From Escherichia coli (GTDB taxonomy: Bacteria > Pseudomonadota > Gammaproteobacteria > Enterobacterales > Enterobacteriaceae), in assembly GCF_044324875.1 (NCBI RefSeq), contig NZ_CP172185.1: a DNA stretch of 64,000 nucleotides; one strand, 5' to 3'. A program made the translations under genes and the position numbers. Positions 58,988 through 64,000 of this stretch are shown one piece after another (position 1 is the stretch's first letter; every line of letters starts with the position of its first letter). The notes beneath the pieces were generated by a model. It did no database searches. It was not told where the DNA came from and worked only from the letters and a program-made list of their open reading frames with translations.

Positions 58988-59410
58988 CTAACGCCGATCG
59001 AGAGAAATTGCCCCCGGCCCGGTAATTGCCAACAGCAGGAATGCGCCAGCGATACTGACATTCTTCCAGAAATTAATCATATTTGGCCCAACCGCATCGC
59101 CGGTCATATCCCAGTAATGGTGACCAATTACCGCTGTACCCAGCGTGTAGAAAATAAACAGCACCGCCAGCGGACGGGTGAAAAAGCCAAGCACGATTAA
59201 TATCGCGGCGGGCACTTCCATAACTACCGCAATAATCGCTGCCAGCATCGGCATTGGCGCGCCCAGCGAGGCCATATATTGGACCGTACCGTCAAAGCCC
59301 ATCATTTTGGGAAAACCAAAAATAATGAAAATTAAGACCACGGCGATACGGGCAATTAATAACAAAACGGGGCGTGCAGCACCAAAATCAAAATAACGTA
59401 GTGTGTTCAT
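58988..59410 (-). CDS. yphA: DoxX-family inner membrane protein YphA, 140 aa
   Basis: Start at [14 protein letters not shown]; hydrophobic throughout. Confidence 0.8.
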
Positions 59411-59506
59411 AACCAATCCCTTTGCAAGATAATGTGATTTAAACGTAATACACACTCTTGCACCTCGCCACGCCCCAGGCATTGAGATATTCGCTAATTA
59501 TCCTGG

Positions 59507-60718
<1,212 letters not shown>

Positions 60719-61531
60719 TTAAAGATCCAGCCCAGCCGCTACGTGGCGAATGCCGCGAATCGCTAAACCCGCATCAGCGTTGATCATCACACCGCTTAAT
60801 GCGCGATTATTGCGCCGCGATGCCAACATCACATACGGACCCGTAAAATCCGCCGGTTGCGGGAAAAATTGCAGCGGTAAAATGGCGGCAATTTTCTCCG
60901 GCGTCAGAGACTGCATTATCGAGGTTTCACTTTGCCCGAGCGCCTGTGGGCCGCGCAGGTCGCTGGCCATACCACACGGGCCGACGCCATTCACCCGCAC
61001 TTTCGGTGCCAGTTCATAAGCCAGTTGGCGAATAAGTCCGGTTGCGGCATGTTTACTGGCGGTGTACAGCGGGCCACCGCCGCCGGGATACCAGGCGGCA
61101 TTTGACAGTGTGAAAATCATGCTGCCTTCACTGGCGATTAACGCCGGAGCGCAGGCTTTTGCGCCCAGCAGGTAACCGAGTACGTTGACGTTAAACAGCT
61201 CGTGGAAGCCAGTTTCGAGCGTCTCTGCGGGAGTATTAACCAGTGAGGCATTGTGATCCCAGATGCCCGCATTGCCGATAAAACAATCCAGCTTGCCAGA
61301 ACGAGTCAGGATCTGATCGACCGCGCGTTGATAATCGGCATAGCAGGTCACGTTACCTTCCACCGCCAGAATATGTTCGCCAAATCGCTGACGCAGACTG
61401 GCGACTTTTGCCGCCGACAGTTCCAGCGTGGCAACCTGCGCGCCTTCTTCGATAAATCGCTCGACCAGCGCCAGGCCTAATCCCGATCCGCCGCCGGTAA
61501 TAAAGATGGACTCGTTATGCAGATCGCTCAT
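60719..61531 (-). CDS. hcaB: cis-dihydrodiol dehydrogenase (SDR family), 270 aa
   Basis: TGGGSGLG Rossmann motif; YxxxK active site. Confidence 0.9.
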
Positions 61532-61847
61532 GGCTGCGCCTCCGGTAAGTCGATGAAGATGTCACCACCTTCAACGTGTACTGGATAAGTGGTTAGCGGA
61601 TCGGTGGCGGGCAGGCATAACGCTTTCCCCGTTTTCAGGCAAAAACTGGCGGCGTGCAGCGGGCACTCCACCGTGGCGTCATCTTCCAGATACCCTTCTG
61701 ACATCGACGCATTACCATGGCTGCAACGATCGTTAATGGCATAAAACTCGCCGCCTACGTTGAACAGGGCGATGACGGGCGAGGTATCGATCCGGAGAGC
61801 CTCACCCTCCGGCACATCCGCAACGGGACACGCATAAATTCGATTCA

Positions 61848-61848
<1 letters not shown>
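61528..61848 (-). CDS. hcaC: Rieske-type ferredoxin, 106 aa
   Basis: CSH...CPLH Rieske motifs. Confidence 0.9.
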
Positions 61849-63760
<1,912 letters not shown>

Positions 63761-63859
63761 CTATTTTTGTGCCATAAGGATGTTGCTGGTTGGTTGCTAA
63801 TATGTGAAATAGTTAATTTCTACCAGCTGAGACGTTTTTTCGATAACAAGGGGAAGGTG

Positions 63860-64000
63860 ATGGAACTACGGCATTTACGCTATTTCGTCGCAGTGGCGCA
63901 GGCACTGAACTTTACCCGTGCGGCGGAAAAACTGCATACCTCACAGCCTTCGTTAAGCAGCCAGATCCGCGATCTTGAAAACTGTATCGGTGTTCCGTTG
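63860..64000 (+). CDS. hcaR: LysR-family regulator HcaR, N-terminal 47 codons (3' part outside window)
   Basis: [40 protein letters not shown] is a LysR HTH; divergent from hcaE. Confidence 0.85.
   Translation, partial: MELRHLRYFVAVAQALNFTRAAEKLHTSQPSLSSQIRDLENCIGVPL

Overview
This window reads as a core-genome segment of an Escherichia coli chromosome, collinear with the K-12 interval clpB -> rrnG -> kgtP ... hcaR, and I do not see a previously undescribed system in it. All gene names come from recognising the translated proteins and their order from memory; no database search was run, so starts and boundaries are approximate. Gene order across the window: clpB 3' end; the rrnG operon (16S, tRNA-Glu, 23S, 5S) with its P1/P2 promoters; kgtP, yfiM, pssA, patZ, tapT, trxC, yfiF, ung, grcA, eamB, yfiE, srmB, trmN6, nadB; rpoE-rseABC; lepAB; rnc-era-recO-pdxJ-acpS; shoB; yfhL, yfhH, pgpC, tadA, mltF, purL; glmY-glrK-qseG-glrR-glnB; hmp and glyA; the yphH-yphB cluster; yphA; hcaDBCFE and the start of hcaR. 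The only accessory content is a 1,422-bp IS3-family insertion sequence (IS150 group, IS1397-like) sitting inside a REP palindrome between yphB and yphA, with a 3-bp TTC target duplication. yphB appears frameshifted by a 1-nt deletion at a T-run. The least characterised part of the window is the yph cluster, a predicted sugar-utilisation locus of unknown substrate. No CRISPR array, prophage, integrase or defence island is visible.
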